Below, piece after piece: positions 1-11,064 of a stretch of DNA of 46,461 nt. Position 1 is the first letter of the stretch. Each line of letters opens with the position of its first letter. Source of the stretch: Blastocystis sp. subtype 4 (Eukaryota); contig NW_014569500.1 in NCBI RefSeq assembly GCF_000743755.1, forward strand, positions 1 to 46,461, given 5' to 3'. The notes beneath the pieces are model-generated. The model did no database searches, was not told the origin of the DNA, and saw only the letters and a list, made by a program, of their open reading frames with translations. A program made the translations under genes and the position numbers.

Positions 1-104
1 GCGGGGTTACCGTACTTCTGGAAAATGGCAGAATTGACAGTACTTGCAAAGCGGCACAAAGAGGGCTTCACAAAGGATGACTTGAAAACGGCGATAGTAG
101 CCAT
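1..104 (-). CDS. 5' part of a probable organelle-targeted medium-chain reductase (MECR/Etr1-like enoyl reductase or quinone oxidoreductase); runs off the window edge
   Basis: ATG at 104 reads MATIAVFKSSFVKPSLCRFASTVNSAIFQKYGNP. The leader is acid-free and Ser/Lys/Arg-rich, ending in RF-AS like a mitochondrial presequence. It is followed by an AIF..YGNP motif like the first strand of MDR-family reductases. This frame is not in the ORF track. Confidence 0.5.
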   Translation of the reverse strand, partial: MATIAVFKSSFVKPSLCRFASTVNSAIFQKYGNP

Positions 105-159
105 AATAATCTCTATAGCAGGATCTTAAGTGAGATAGAACAACTCCAACAATTAACCC

Positions 160-192
160 TTTTTCGCCAATCGCCCTCTTTTTCGCCAATCG
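160..192. repeat. Direct repeat TTTTTCGCCAATCG x2 in the ~100 bp divergent intergenic region
   Basis: Two copies at about 160-173 and 179-192, between divergent ATGs at 104 (-) and 206 (+). Possibly a shared promoter element. Confidence 0.55.
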
Positions 193-205
193 TGTCATCT
201 AGTAA

Positions 206-2018
206 ATGGACAGGAAACGACCTTTTTCCTATAATGACGAGGGAGACAGTCTTGGGTCCCGCCGCCGCCTAGCTCAATCGTTTCTTCGACTATGTATCCA
301 TGATCGTTCTCTTGGTGCCATTATCGGTAAATCGGGATTAATTATCGATCAGATTAAGGTACTTTTGGATGTTTGTGAATGACTTCTAGCAATTGTATAA
401 CGTTTCTATGGATATTCATTCCGAATTCCGACCATTTCCTCGACTTCCTGAGTGTTTCGTCACTTTGAGAGGTTCTGTTGATGGATTAACAGATGCTCTT
501 GGACTTATCTTATCAAAGCTCCCACGACAGTTTGAACATGTCGGAGAAGGAGAGGTGATGGAACAAGTGATCATCCAAAGTGCCAATGCCGGAAAACTGA
601 TCGGAAAGGGAGGAAAGACGATTGAGCAACTTAAGGAGCAGACAGAAACGATCGTAATGATTTGGATAGTTTATCAGTGTAGATTCGATTGAGTAGTGAT
701 AACGAAATGCCCGAAGATAAACGAAACAGGAGCGTTTATATTATAGGGAAACCGGAAAAGGTGGCTGAGGCCAAGAAGCGGGTGATCGAACTCACAGACG
801 GTTCTACTCTGGAAGACTGTCACGAACTGATCAGTCTTCGCCATTTCGTACCTCTTCTAGCGGTACAGAAACTTTTTCCTCGTCCAGGAAGCGTCTGTGA
901 CGAATTGACAGGTTTTCGCAGCGTTGCAATTCGAGTTTCGCCAGAAGAAGACATTATTGCTGGGTTCTCAACGCGTGGACTTGATATTAGCGGTATAGCT
1001 TCTGATGTTCGCTTGGTGTGTGAGGAGATCAATCAACTTGTTGATGGGTGGGTGAAAGCAAAGGAAATTGTACTTGACAGAGCTGAAAATGATAATTAGA
1101 ACGACTTGGCAGTTTGTTTGAAACTGGTTCTGAATAATCAGATTATGGGTGTGGTAATCGGGAAAGGAGGTGATAATATTCAACGGATTCGAGACGAGTT
1201 TCATGTTGCCATTTATACTGTCTCCTCCGCCTACACAGAACTTATTGATCTAGAGCGTGTATTGTATGTAATTGGAGATGAGACGAATGTGTGTCACTGT
1301 GTGAGACATATTCTACTGAAGCTCGAACCAAACGATCTGGTCCGTAGAGAACCGGTAAGTATTGCCGTCTACCAGCAGATGACAATGCGACCATTAGTGC
1401 AACCTGCTCAATTGTATAGACCATTCCCTACTACTTCCTACATGTATGATCCTTTTTACCAGCAATGGATGCAAGCAGTTGTAACCCACCCACAACTTGC
1501 CTCCTCCTATTCTGTTCAGCCATCACCACCTACTCTAGGGTATTCCTATGTGGATGGATCACCTGCTTCGGGACGACTTGTTATAGCCCTTCCTTCGGAT
1601 CATTGTGGAAATGTATTGGGGAGGGGTGGTGCTGTGATGAACTTCATCAAAGCGTCATCTTCCTGCAAGATATCTTTGCAACGGCGAGAGGACATGACCC
1701 CAGGAACACTGTACCGTACGGTTACTATAATAGGAAGCGAAGAGGGAATCAAACGGGCAGTGTAGGTGAGAGAAGAGTGTCAAATGTAGTCGAATCATGC
1801 ATCTCCTTATAAATATTCCTGCTAGAGATATTGATATTTTGATCCTAACACCGTTTTCATTAAATACAGATCTCCAACTCTTCTTAGCTCCATATCCTGA
1901 GGAATTGACCTTTCTCCCTATGAACCAATCAAGTGAGGATTAATTGTGGAGGTAACATCCAGAATTAGATCAAGATACTACGGCTGAAGTTCAAGAAGCA
2001 GAGAAAAAGGAGAGTTAA
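206..2018 (+). CDS. Multi-KH-domain RNA-binding protein (PCBP/Nova/FUBP-like)
   Basis: Spliced from ATG 206 with GT-AG introns at 359-389, 654-682, 1070-1099, ~1762-1789 and ~1932-1961; TAA at 2016-2018. KH GxxG loops IIGKSG, LIGKGG, VIGKGG and VLGRGG, plus one degenerate unit (LFPRPG). Confidence 0.9.
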
Positions 2019-2145
2019 GTATGGTGTGTTCACATTCACCCACTTGTCATTTTCATCGCTGTCATGTTATTATTACTTCTATTTCATTTATGTAAAATGA
2101 CTTGTTTTCTCGAAAACACTCCAATTAAAGAAAACTCCACCTAAA

Positions 2146-2434
2146 TCATTCCGACTTCTTGAGGGGTGCCAATAGAGGGTTCATCTAGAGATAAAACTAA
2201 GTCCACTCAAAAATCGAACCTGCATCATGTAAATACAAATCCACACCATCCACATGCAAATTGCTGACATCACAGATACAAGAACGCCAGCTCTAGTCCA
2301 ATGATCAATTTTACAAAAGTATACTCTGCAGCCACCCTTGAAATCTTCTTTCCTTTATATAGCGCCAGAATAACAATAGTAGGGACAATACCCAGTACAA
2401 GGAATATTAGAGAACCAAGAAGAAGAGGATTCAT
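2146..2434 (-). CDS. ATP6V0E: V-type proton ATPase V0 subunit e
   Basis: Two short introns. Spliced product MNPLLLGSLIFLVLGIVP...LAFLYLVMSAICMWMVWICIYMMQMNPLLAPLKKSE* has two TM helices and the conserved C.W..W...Y..Q.NPL..P signature. Confidence 0.9.
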
Positions 2435-2622
2435 TTCGTCTATCATGATCCGCAAGACTGGGGAAAAGAGGAAATGATACATGGAGAAGTGGAATTCCAA
2501 TAAATGCAGGATAATAGAATGCCAAAAACAAGGAATTTTCAACGGCAATAATAGTGGGTTCTTGCGTTTATCGATAATTGTATATCGTTTATTTCGCATC
2601 TTCTATTTTCTTCTGATAGCTG

Positions 2623-2917
2623 ATGGTATTCCTATTGCTTAGAATGGCTCATAGAACTAGGAAAACGAGGTTAAGAATGCTGTTGTTGATAAGGTCCTTG
2701 GACGAACTGGAAATACCGGTAACGTCACTCAGGTGGATTGCTTATCGTTGAGATAATACTCTAGGTTCGTGTTACGTTTATGGATGCTAGTAAGCGTTCA
2801 ATTGTCCGGAATGTGAAGGTAGGAGGGTTGAAATATAATATTATTTAGGGACCGATTCGTGAAGGAGATATTTTGACTCTTTTGGAGTGGGAGCGTGAAG
2901 CACGTCGTCTGCGATGA
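2623..2917 (+). CDS. RPS28: 40S ribosomal protein S28 (eS28)
   Basis: ATG-only first coding exon (intron 2626-2660) and two more introns. Product [65 protein letters not shown]. Missed by the ORF track. Confidence 0.97.
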
Positions 2918-3044
2918 TTTATATGTTTAGTGGATTCTTGAATCGTTTGTTTCACTTAATCGTATTTTGGGTATTGAAGCGACAACTACGGGAATCCATC
3001 CATCTTGCTCACACTTCCTTTCTTTTCACATTCTTGGTTGATAC

Positions 3045-3742
3045 ATGAACAAATTCCTTTATTCTTCAATTGTGGTTCTTTGTCTCCTCTCAATCTCAGA
3101 AGCTGCGGGGAAGAAACCTTTCTATTTCAATCTGTTCGTTGAATTCGAAGGTTCTTGGGTAACAACGACAACAAAGATATCCATTTCCACGGGAGCGGTT
3201 ATTAGTGAATCGGTTCAGGGAATGTACAATGTATCTAAGAATGTGATTCCAGACGAGTTAGTGATTAGTGAAGTGAATTTTTCCACCAAAGAGGAGATTA
3301 GAAAGCCTTATCAGATGATTATTTCTGCTTCTAGCAACTACACTGCTGCAATCAATCGGTTCGAGCCAGGTGCTGATATGGAGATTGTAAAGCAATTCGA
3401 TATTCACTTCCGAGAGTTTCTTGCTCACGAAGTCTTTGTAAGTGTTGGAGAAGCGATTCATCGGTAGTATGCCTCGGGATCTCTTGAGCAAGATAAGGCC
3501 GAGAAGTTTGAGATTACGTTCCTTCCTGGAGATATCCTGAAGTTTGAATTGGATAATCCGGAAAAGGACGAGCGTACTGTCATAATGGCAAAGAAGATTA
3601 TTGTCCAACCTCCGAGATCTTTCTTCCAGAAGTATGGGAGCTATTTTATTATGGGACTTGCGATTATCATTCAGGTAGGAACTGAGTATTTGCTTGATCG
3701 TAGCTTGTCATGACAAATATGAATCAGAATCCGTATGCATAA
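3045..3742 (+). CDS. Signal-peptide, single-pass membrane protein; C-terminus weakly resembles EMC10-like ER proteins
   Basis: Hydrophobic leader MNKFLYSSIVVLCLLSISEA; introns 3438-3467 and ~3675-3703; C-terminal PPRSFFQKYGSYFIMGLAIIIQLVM TM segment; TAA 3740-3742. The family guess rests only on the SFF.KY motif. Confidence 0.6.
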
Positions 3743-3794
3743 TTCATTTATGGTTGTTTTCTCATGTTTGTTGGTAGAAGGATTTCTTCCCCGG

Positions 3795-5606
3795 ATGAGT
3801 TTTCGTAAAACCCAGAAGAATATTATTTCTTTTGGGAGGTCAAAAGCGAATCTTGCTCATAAAGAGAGTTCGCAGTTGTCCATTGACAACATCTTTCTTG
3901 AGTGTCCGATATGCAATGCTAGGGTATTCTACTTGGTTGGATATTCATTGAAAGGTCAAAAGGAGTCAAATTGATGAGCATGTGGAACTGTGTTTGGCGG
4001 CAAGTAATCCAATTCATGTATCAACATCAACAGAGGATAAGAAGGTAAATCCAGTTTCTCAATCTACAACAAACGCTGTAACATCGCCATCTCCAACCAA
4101 GGCGGTAAGTTCACCATCTGGAACTCCATCAAAAATAAATCCAGTCAAAGGAACAAATCTATCGACTCCTTCGAGACAAAGTCGAAACGAACGACGGCCT
4201 CTTGCAGAGAGAATGCGTCCTACATCTTTTGAAGACATTATGGTATGGTTTTCCATCTTGGTTATATTGTAGGGAAATGTGGACATTTTGGGGCAAGATG
4301 CGATGATTCGTCGTTTGCTGCAGCGAGATCCTCCTCCATCAATGATCCTGTTTGGACCTCCTGGATGTGGAAAGACTACGATCGCCTCTGTAATCTCTCG
4401 TACTACGAGTTGTCCCTTTAAAACTCTGTCTTGTTGTACTTCAGGCATCCAAGATATCAGAGATATTGCAGAGCAGGCACAGAAAGATCAACGATCTCAC
4501 CAGTTGCCCACAGTGCTATTCATGGATGAGATCCATCGGTTCAATAAGAAACAACAAGATATATTCCTTCCATATGTAGAGCAGGGTACTCTTGTACTAA
4601 TTGGTGCAACCACTGAAAATCCTTCTTTTTCTATTAATTCTGTCCGTTTTTCGATTCGAACTTATCGATAGGCTCTGTTATCACGTTGTCAAGTGGTTCC
4701 TCTCAAAGTGCTGTCAGTAGACGATCTTCTTCATATCCTCCACCATGCTTTGGATACGGATGTGTATCTTAAGCAAAGTGAAGTAGGTACGTGAGGATTA
4801 TTCAATTGAAGGCAGTGTTCTCTGAGGATGTGTTGAAAACGATTGCTATCAAATCAGATGGTGATGCAAGAATGGCTCTAAATATGATGGATGCTTGTGC
4901 TGCTTGTGTGTGTTCTCGACCGGATAAGTGAGAGGTGACCATGAGATTGATGATTAGAACTATTACTGATGAGCTCATAAATTCTACATTCAAACAGCGA
5001 TTTGTCCGATATGATAAGCATGGTGAAGAGCATTACAATCTTGCCTCTGCCTTGCAGAAATCTATTGTCTATTCTTGTTTCCAATTTCATATATAGCGAG
5101 GCAGTGATGTTCAAGCTGCTATCTATTGGCTAGGAAGGATGTTTGAGGGTGGAGAGGATCCTCTATTCATTGCACGGAGATTACTTGTAATTGCCTCCGA
5201 AGATGTTGGACTAGCTGATCCATATGCTCTTACTCTTGCTTCTGCCTGTTTTCAAGCATGCAAGGATATAGGAGTTCCTGAATGTAATCTTGCTCTTACA
5301 GAATGTGCTTCGTATCTCGCATTGACAAGTAAATCTAATGAAGTTGCTCTAGCCTACAATCGAGCACATGATCTTGTTCACAAAGACATCAACCCTCCTG
5401 TGCCGTTACACATCCGAAATGCTCCGATGGAAGGACTGGGATATGGCATTGGCTATCAGTATGGTTACAATAAGAATCAGACCTATCTGCCTCCTGAGTT
5501 GCTGGATAAGCGGTTTATGGATGTGAGTCGTGCTGTCACTGATGTACGATCTATTAGCATCGAGAAGTACATAGAAAACTCCAAGCGGAGAAAACAGGAT
5601 GAATAG
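3795..5606 (+). CDS. WRNIP1: WRNIP1/Mgs1/RarA AAA+ ATPase with N-terminal UBZ zinc finger
   Basis: CPIC...H...C UBZ finger across an intron, PLAERMRP, Walker A GPPGCGKT, Walker B FMDEIHRFNK, GATTENPSF, SEDVGLADP and VPLHIRNAP; several ~30 nt introns. Confidence 0.95.
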
Positions 5607-5682
5607 ATGTTCTTCTTTTATCTTTTCTGGAAGTGTTTATTAACATCATTCTTTCTTAGAAGTTTCATTTCTTCCATTTTCA

Positions 5683-6746
5683 ATGAAATCTCTTTGTATG
5701 ATTGTAGAGAGGAATTCATTCTTCTAGATACACTGCTTCTTGTGTTGCTTCTTTTGATCACTTTCGGAACAGAAGAGGAACAGCAGGAATTTGAAGTGAA
5801 TATTGACAATAAACCTTTTGTTGTATTCATATTGAAGAGTATTTACAAGGTAGAAACAAGATAGTCGTATACTGACGGAAAAAATCAAGAAGTTAGATCG
5901 AAAAATTGTGTAGAATGAGTGGAGTTGGTTATGAATAGGATGAACGAGATGCTGAGTTTAACTTGAAACAAGAAGAGATGCAGAGATATGAAAATATGAA
6001 GAATGACAAAATCCGAAGCCTTGAAAGTCGAATCAAACTCGTAAGATCCAAGATCGAGTCAACAAAGAAGGAAATCTCCTCGACAAAGCGTTCAATAGAT
6101 AATTCAAAGAAGGAGATTCGCTTGATGGAGAGAGAGTATAAACTCAAACAGTCATCACTCAATCTGGGAGCTGTGATCGCTCATTTTTTAGATGAGTATG
6201 TAATCCCCTTTATCCAGTATGCAGCAAATACGATTCGTTTTTCGTAGTACTTCATGTCAATGCTTACTTTGTAGTGTAACCAAAGCGTATTATTTTCTTC
6301 GTTCCCTTTATGATCAAGTCTATCTCGCTATTTTGAGTCTCTATATGAAGTTGCTCGAATATGACTCCTTTGTTGAGTTGCAGATGTGGGTGAATCGGGT
6401 GTGGGTAAAGTTCACATCTTTGTTCGTTTTGAAGAGGGTTGTAATGCATAGACTACAGTACTGTTGGAATGAATTTTTTGCTCCTCAGATTCATTTTTTA
6501 TCGAAGCACTTATCTCCCTTGAAGAAGGATAGTCGTGCATTATGGAAAGCTATTAAAACGAGAGACATGCAGAAGATAGAACGAAGTAGGCATTGTATGT
6601 GGAACCTTATCGTAGCTGTAATGCGTTTGAGGATAGTGCGTAGTTTGGAACAATGGTATGCAAGTTTTCCATCCGTCATTTCTTATTTTCTTTTATTATT
6701 GTGTAGCTTTCTCCTTATTCTTCAGATCTTGCTATTATTACATTGA
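5683..6746 (+). CDS. Hypothetical protein: signal peptide, coiled coil, C-terminal TM
   Basis: Spliced MKSLYTLLLVLLLLITFG...; charged heptad-like region 5963-6150; hydrophobic C-terminus VISYFLLLLCSFLLILQILLLLH. ~30 nt introns restore the frame. Confidence 0.6.
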
Positions 6747-6864
6747 GTTTTGTTGTCTATTGTGTGGTGATTGTTCTTCCATCATACATCCTTTTCGGAT
6801 AGTAATTTATCTGGAGTAGTGAATATGTTTGTTATTGTAACTCCTGGATCACCAGAATTGTTCA

Positions 6865-7861
6865 ATGCAAAACGCGTTTCGTGATTTCTATATATTTCCT
6901 ACTGATATATCATGGTATAAATCGATAACTCAACTTGAAATCAAGGTTTCCAGGACATATGACAAAAGCGCTGAAAACCGTGAAGAATCTCTGTCATTCT
7001 GTCGATATCATGGTAGAAGTGCGTGATGCACGTGTTTGAAGATGTTTCTAGTTTCTTACATAGATCCCAATCTCTTCCATCAATCCAGTCATTGAAAAAA
7101 CGCTTATTAATAAACCCAAACTGGTGCTACTTCACCGGAGTGACTTAATTTCCAAATCAGATCAGAAGAAACTGTTGTATTACTACCAACATCGCAATGA
7201 GCATGTCTTGCTGACATCAACAAAAACCGAATCTAACATGAATACAATCGTTCCGACGCTTCTTTCGATCCAAACAAGGAAGTTCATTTCTGTTGGTTGT
7301 TATTTTGCTGTGATGGGTATTCCAAATGTGGGTAAAAGTAGTATTATTCGATATATTCAGCGCAAAAGCAGTACTTTTCAGCGTAATAATAGTCCTCTGG
7401 TGGGAGGGATTCCTGGTGTGACAAAACAAGTACAGACGACAAAAGTCCATAAAAAACCTGATATCTATATGATTGACACACCTGGTATCTTTCTTCCTTC
7501 CATTGAGGATCCAGAAGTGGGCCTGAAAATGGCTTTGTGTGGTATTTGGATAAGAGTTTCTTGATATCTAGGGTCAGTCAAAGACAGTGTTGTTGGAGAA
7601 GAAGAGATTGCCGACTATCTCTTGTTCTCCATGAATCGGCATGGTCACTTTGAGTATGTTAAGGAGTTGAACCTTGAAAAACCAACGGATGAGATTACAG
7701 AAGTGTTGACTCATATTATGCGTCGTTCGGGGAAGGATTCTCTGTCAGCGGCACGTTTCTTTCTTCGCAAATACAGGGAAGGAAAATTTGGTCTGTTTCT
7801 TTTAGATGAACTGCAATCACCTGTTTGCAAAAAACAAGAAAGGATCACACAAAGTCATTAA
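6865..7861 (+). CDS. MTG1: Circularly permuted GTPase, MTG1/RbgA(YlqF) family (mitoribosome assembly)
   Basis: Spliced WFPGHM, EVRDARIP.SS.NP, G1 GIPNVGKSS, PGVTK, G3 DTPG and C-terminal GKFGLFLLDEL. The true end may be 7817 (see findings). Confidence 0.92.
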
Positions 7862-7867
7862 GTAACC

Positions 7868-8060
7868 TTATTCCTTCTTGTTATGCTTCTTGGAGAAACG
7901 GAGGTTACGCAAGAACTTAGGGTCGACCTAGAGATGAAAAGACACGCCCACTCCTGACTCCCTTCATGCAACGAGCACGTTGGCGTTGAGGCCTCTTAAT
8001 ACCATTCTTATGATTCTTGATGCTCTGATTACGGGCTGTATGATGCTTTTGCTTCACCAT
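7868..8060 (-). CDS. RPL29: 60S ribosomal protein L29 (eL29)
   Basis: One intron (~7928-7958). Product [53 protein letters not shown]. Missed by the ORF track. Confidence 0.96.
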
Positions 8061-8388
8061 TCTACAAAACCATAAGCAACAATCAAAACTCGTCTAGCAT
8101 CTGTAAACGATAATAAAACACATTGGAAATTGTACTTACCCAATATAACGACTTTGATGTGATAATCTATGATAATAGAAAGGTAAGAGACCCAATTATC
8201 AATATGACCCCAATTATCTGTTTTTCTATAGGTTTCAATAGTCCTATTTAGGCCCTTGATACTCAAAATATATTATCTCCTGAAAGAGAAAGATTGTTTG
8301 ACCGCTACTATTCTATTCACACGAGAATTGATCATCCATTGAACAAAAAAGTGTTTATGAAAACAATTGCAACACTTCAACAAACAGA

Positions 8389-9505
8389 TCAATCCCTTCT
8401 ATCCATCATTACGGTTGGTAATGTCATAGGAGCATCATATACAGCAGAACGGATATAATAGAAAATGAAAGTGGACATCAACACCAACTGCGTGATCTGA
8501 GAAGCAATCACCGCTACACCAGCAAAATGCTTGCTCAGGAAGCTCCATCCACTATTCAGCTCCTTCCATGATCCGAGCCAGAAGAGAAGATTCAAAAACT
8601 TGCTTGCTGCCATCGAAAAGACGAAGTGCGAAGTGTACGACTCAATCTCTCCTGTCTACACTTAACTGCCCTTATCACCTGATACACGATTCTTCTGGAA
8701 CATGTGAAGTTGGGGATAAATTGCAACTCCTTCAAGGTACATTGCAAAGGCCCAAAAGAGATCGCAAAAGTTCCCTAGAGAATAATAACGATAGAACATA
8801 ACTACCTGCACGATGAGGACGAATGATCAAAGCAAGAATAAGAGAAGGAACAATCAGATACAGGGCTGTCCACTGCTTGGGAAGAATATGACCTTGACCA
8901 AAGGTATCCTATCCATAAAGAGAGAATCGAAAAACAACATGATGGGAGTTGTGAGTATACTTGAGTGGAATCATAATGAGATAAATCAGAATCATCACGA
9001 CAACAAAGGAGAAGCCCTCTACGAACTGATAGAAACCATCACCTGTTCTAGTCCATAAACTCATAATATATTGCACACTTATCAAATGGTAAATAGCTGC
9101 TTGAATTACAAACAGCAATTGTTCGAAACAGGAAAACACAAGCATAGCACTGGAGCGACTTCAGAGAGATTCCAGAGACCGATTTGGAAGTAACCGATCT
9201 GAAGAGAATCAAACAGAAACCAAAGGCACTAATTAGGCTTCCCAACGTCTATCACTCAATTTCAGGATAATTTCGTACAAGAAGGAATGAGAAATCTCCG
9301 TCACTAAAGAAATGGAAGCAAACGAGAATGCACAGAGCAAGAAAAGCCCAAATCAGGAAATTCTTTCGATTTGCTTTCATATACTTTTGATAATCACTAT
9401 ATAATCATACAAAGCAGAATGAAACAACAATTTCTTTAGTGATCTCTTAGCACGATCCATATACTGATTCTAGGGCCATCACAAACCATAATTCATTCAT
9501 ACCAT
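8389..9505 (-). CDS. ER lumen protein-retaining receptor family (ERD2/KDELR-related, long N-terminal type)
   Basis: Spliced ...FSDGDFSFLLTLGSL...SVSGISLKSLQCY...FR...YLPFD.TGD..YQ...EGVAIYPQL...TSHFVF; multiple TM segments; ATG-only first exon at 9503-9505. Confidence 0.88.
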
Positions 9506-9616
9506 TCTTTGATAGTGCTTTGACGGATAAGCTTACAGTATTATCAGATGACGCCGAAATGATACAATAAATTGGTGCAACCAATCAGAACACAATTAAT
9601 GAAACAAACACTAGCC

Positions 9617-10809
9617 TTACTTTGGTGGCTTGCTTCCATTGCATACATCCTGTGGAGTATAGTGAACATCCTCTGGCTTCTGGAAGTCACGAGTTAGGTC
9701 TTCCTGAATAATCCAACTCTTCATTGTGAAGTCACTCTCAGTAAACTTCAGCACACGTCCACCTCGCTGCATTCTACATATGATGGTGCTCTAACCGATC
9801 TTACCCTGGTGGAGGTCCATAGCAACCATATCCAGTCTTACGACCATATCCAAGTAAAATACCTTCAAAATCAATTACAAAATCATTAGAATGATCATGA
9901 CCAGCAAACATGGCCTTTACATCACCTCTACTCTAATAACCACCTCTACTTCCTTACCTTTCCTTGAAGGCAGCAATAAGACCTGTATTGATCGAAGAAC
10001 AACCAGAACCTTCTGTCTTGTTTCCTACTCCCACATAATGCTATGCATCACATTCCAATCAATCAAAATACATCATAAGCATACATATATTCCTGAGGAG
10101 GAATATGCATAAAGGCGACACCGGGCTTCTTGCCTCCCTGTTCTTCCTCTAACGTTTCAGACATCTCACGATACCAAGCGACTGTTGGTACATCCACACA
10201 ACCATATCCCTTCACTCCAAGACAATTGTAATCTTCACTGTCGAAGAACCACAGATTCATCACCACTTCATCTGAATTCTTTGACGAATACACAGGGATA
10301 ACAAATGTACTTGCTCCAGGCAAATCCTCAGGAGCCAGCTGTGTAAAACTGTAAGGACTCTTCATATCCACTTCTACAATCTCCCGACGCTTCAAATCTG
10401 CTTCCGAGTCATGATTCCCAAGAGTGTAACCATAGGGAATCCTTGTGTCAAATATCACTTCAGTCCAGCGATCCCACATTTTCTTGTACCAGCCAGGCTT
10501 CTTATCCCAACTATAACCTTCATTTCACTAAAACAACAATTCATAAACCTGCTACCATATCTCCTGTGAAGGCCAAGAAATCGGGTCTCTCTGCAGATAT
10601 TAGGCGTCGCATGAGATTCGTAGTGTTCTTATCGAGATCGTCCGCCTCACCATAGTGGAGATCTGTCAACTTACGGATCATCACAAAAAAGGATATCCTA
10701 CCTGAAGAATGGTGAATGTCCCATCTGGATGGAATTGTAATTTCTGTGGTCTCACTTCAGCAGTGAGTGCACAGGCGAGAAGCAGAACCAGAACTATTCT
10801 CGAATTCAT
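9617..10809 (-). CDS. Secreted calcineurin-like metallophosphoesterase (Dcr2/PAP29-like)
   Basis: Signal peptide; motifs TDLHYG, FTGDMV, GNHD, FMHIP, GHDHSNDF and YGRKTGYG; TAA 9619-9617 followed by TGTTTGTT. Confidence 0.92.
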
Positions 10810-11064
10810 AGAGTAATGTACAATACTGAAAGATTAGTGGGGTTCGTATCTGGATGTCGTACCTCCGTAATATGTAGCTCCATCTTCATAACAATTTCCT
10901 ATCTCTTTTGTTTTAGGTTCTCGCGCCCTTTTTGCATAGTTCAGATAGTTGGTAGACATATCATATTCCCGTGACAAATCAAACAAGCGCATAGGGATTG
11001 ATGATTATCATGGAAACAATGACTTCATTCATTTTGGCTACTTTTTCATAAATTCTTTCGCAAC

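Noticed and set aside
7..198. ORF-track 63-aa minus-strand ORF (MTRLAKKR...)
   Set aside because: A different minus frame from ATG 104 gives a presequence plus a recognisable motif; this ORF spans the promoter repeat and resembles nothing.
393..1812. Fragmented ORFs here and across the window as frameshifted pseudogenes or an alternative genetic code
   Set aside because: The breaks I examined are repaired by 28-35 nt GT-AG introns (or a 41-44 nt AT-AC intron) under the standard code.
5607..5682. ORF starting immediately after the WRNIP1 stop (MFFFYLFWK...), suggesting translational coupling
   Set aside because: This T-rich stretch holds the WRNIP1 3' signal (TGTTTATT). A better start at 5683 plus an intron gives a clean signal peptide.
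8189..8218. GACCCAATTATC direct repeat upstream of RPL29
   Set aside because: Only two 12-nt copies; possibly a promoter element, but nothing supports a mobile element or array.
10669..10701. ATATCCTTTT on the minus strand as another U12 donor in the phosphoesterase gene
   Set aside because: It lies inside an ordinary GTAGG...AAG intron that already joins ILQ|LTDLH in frame.
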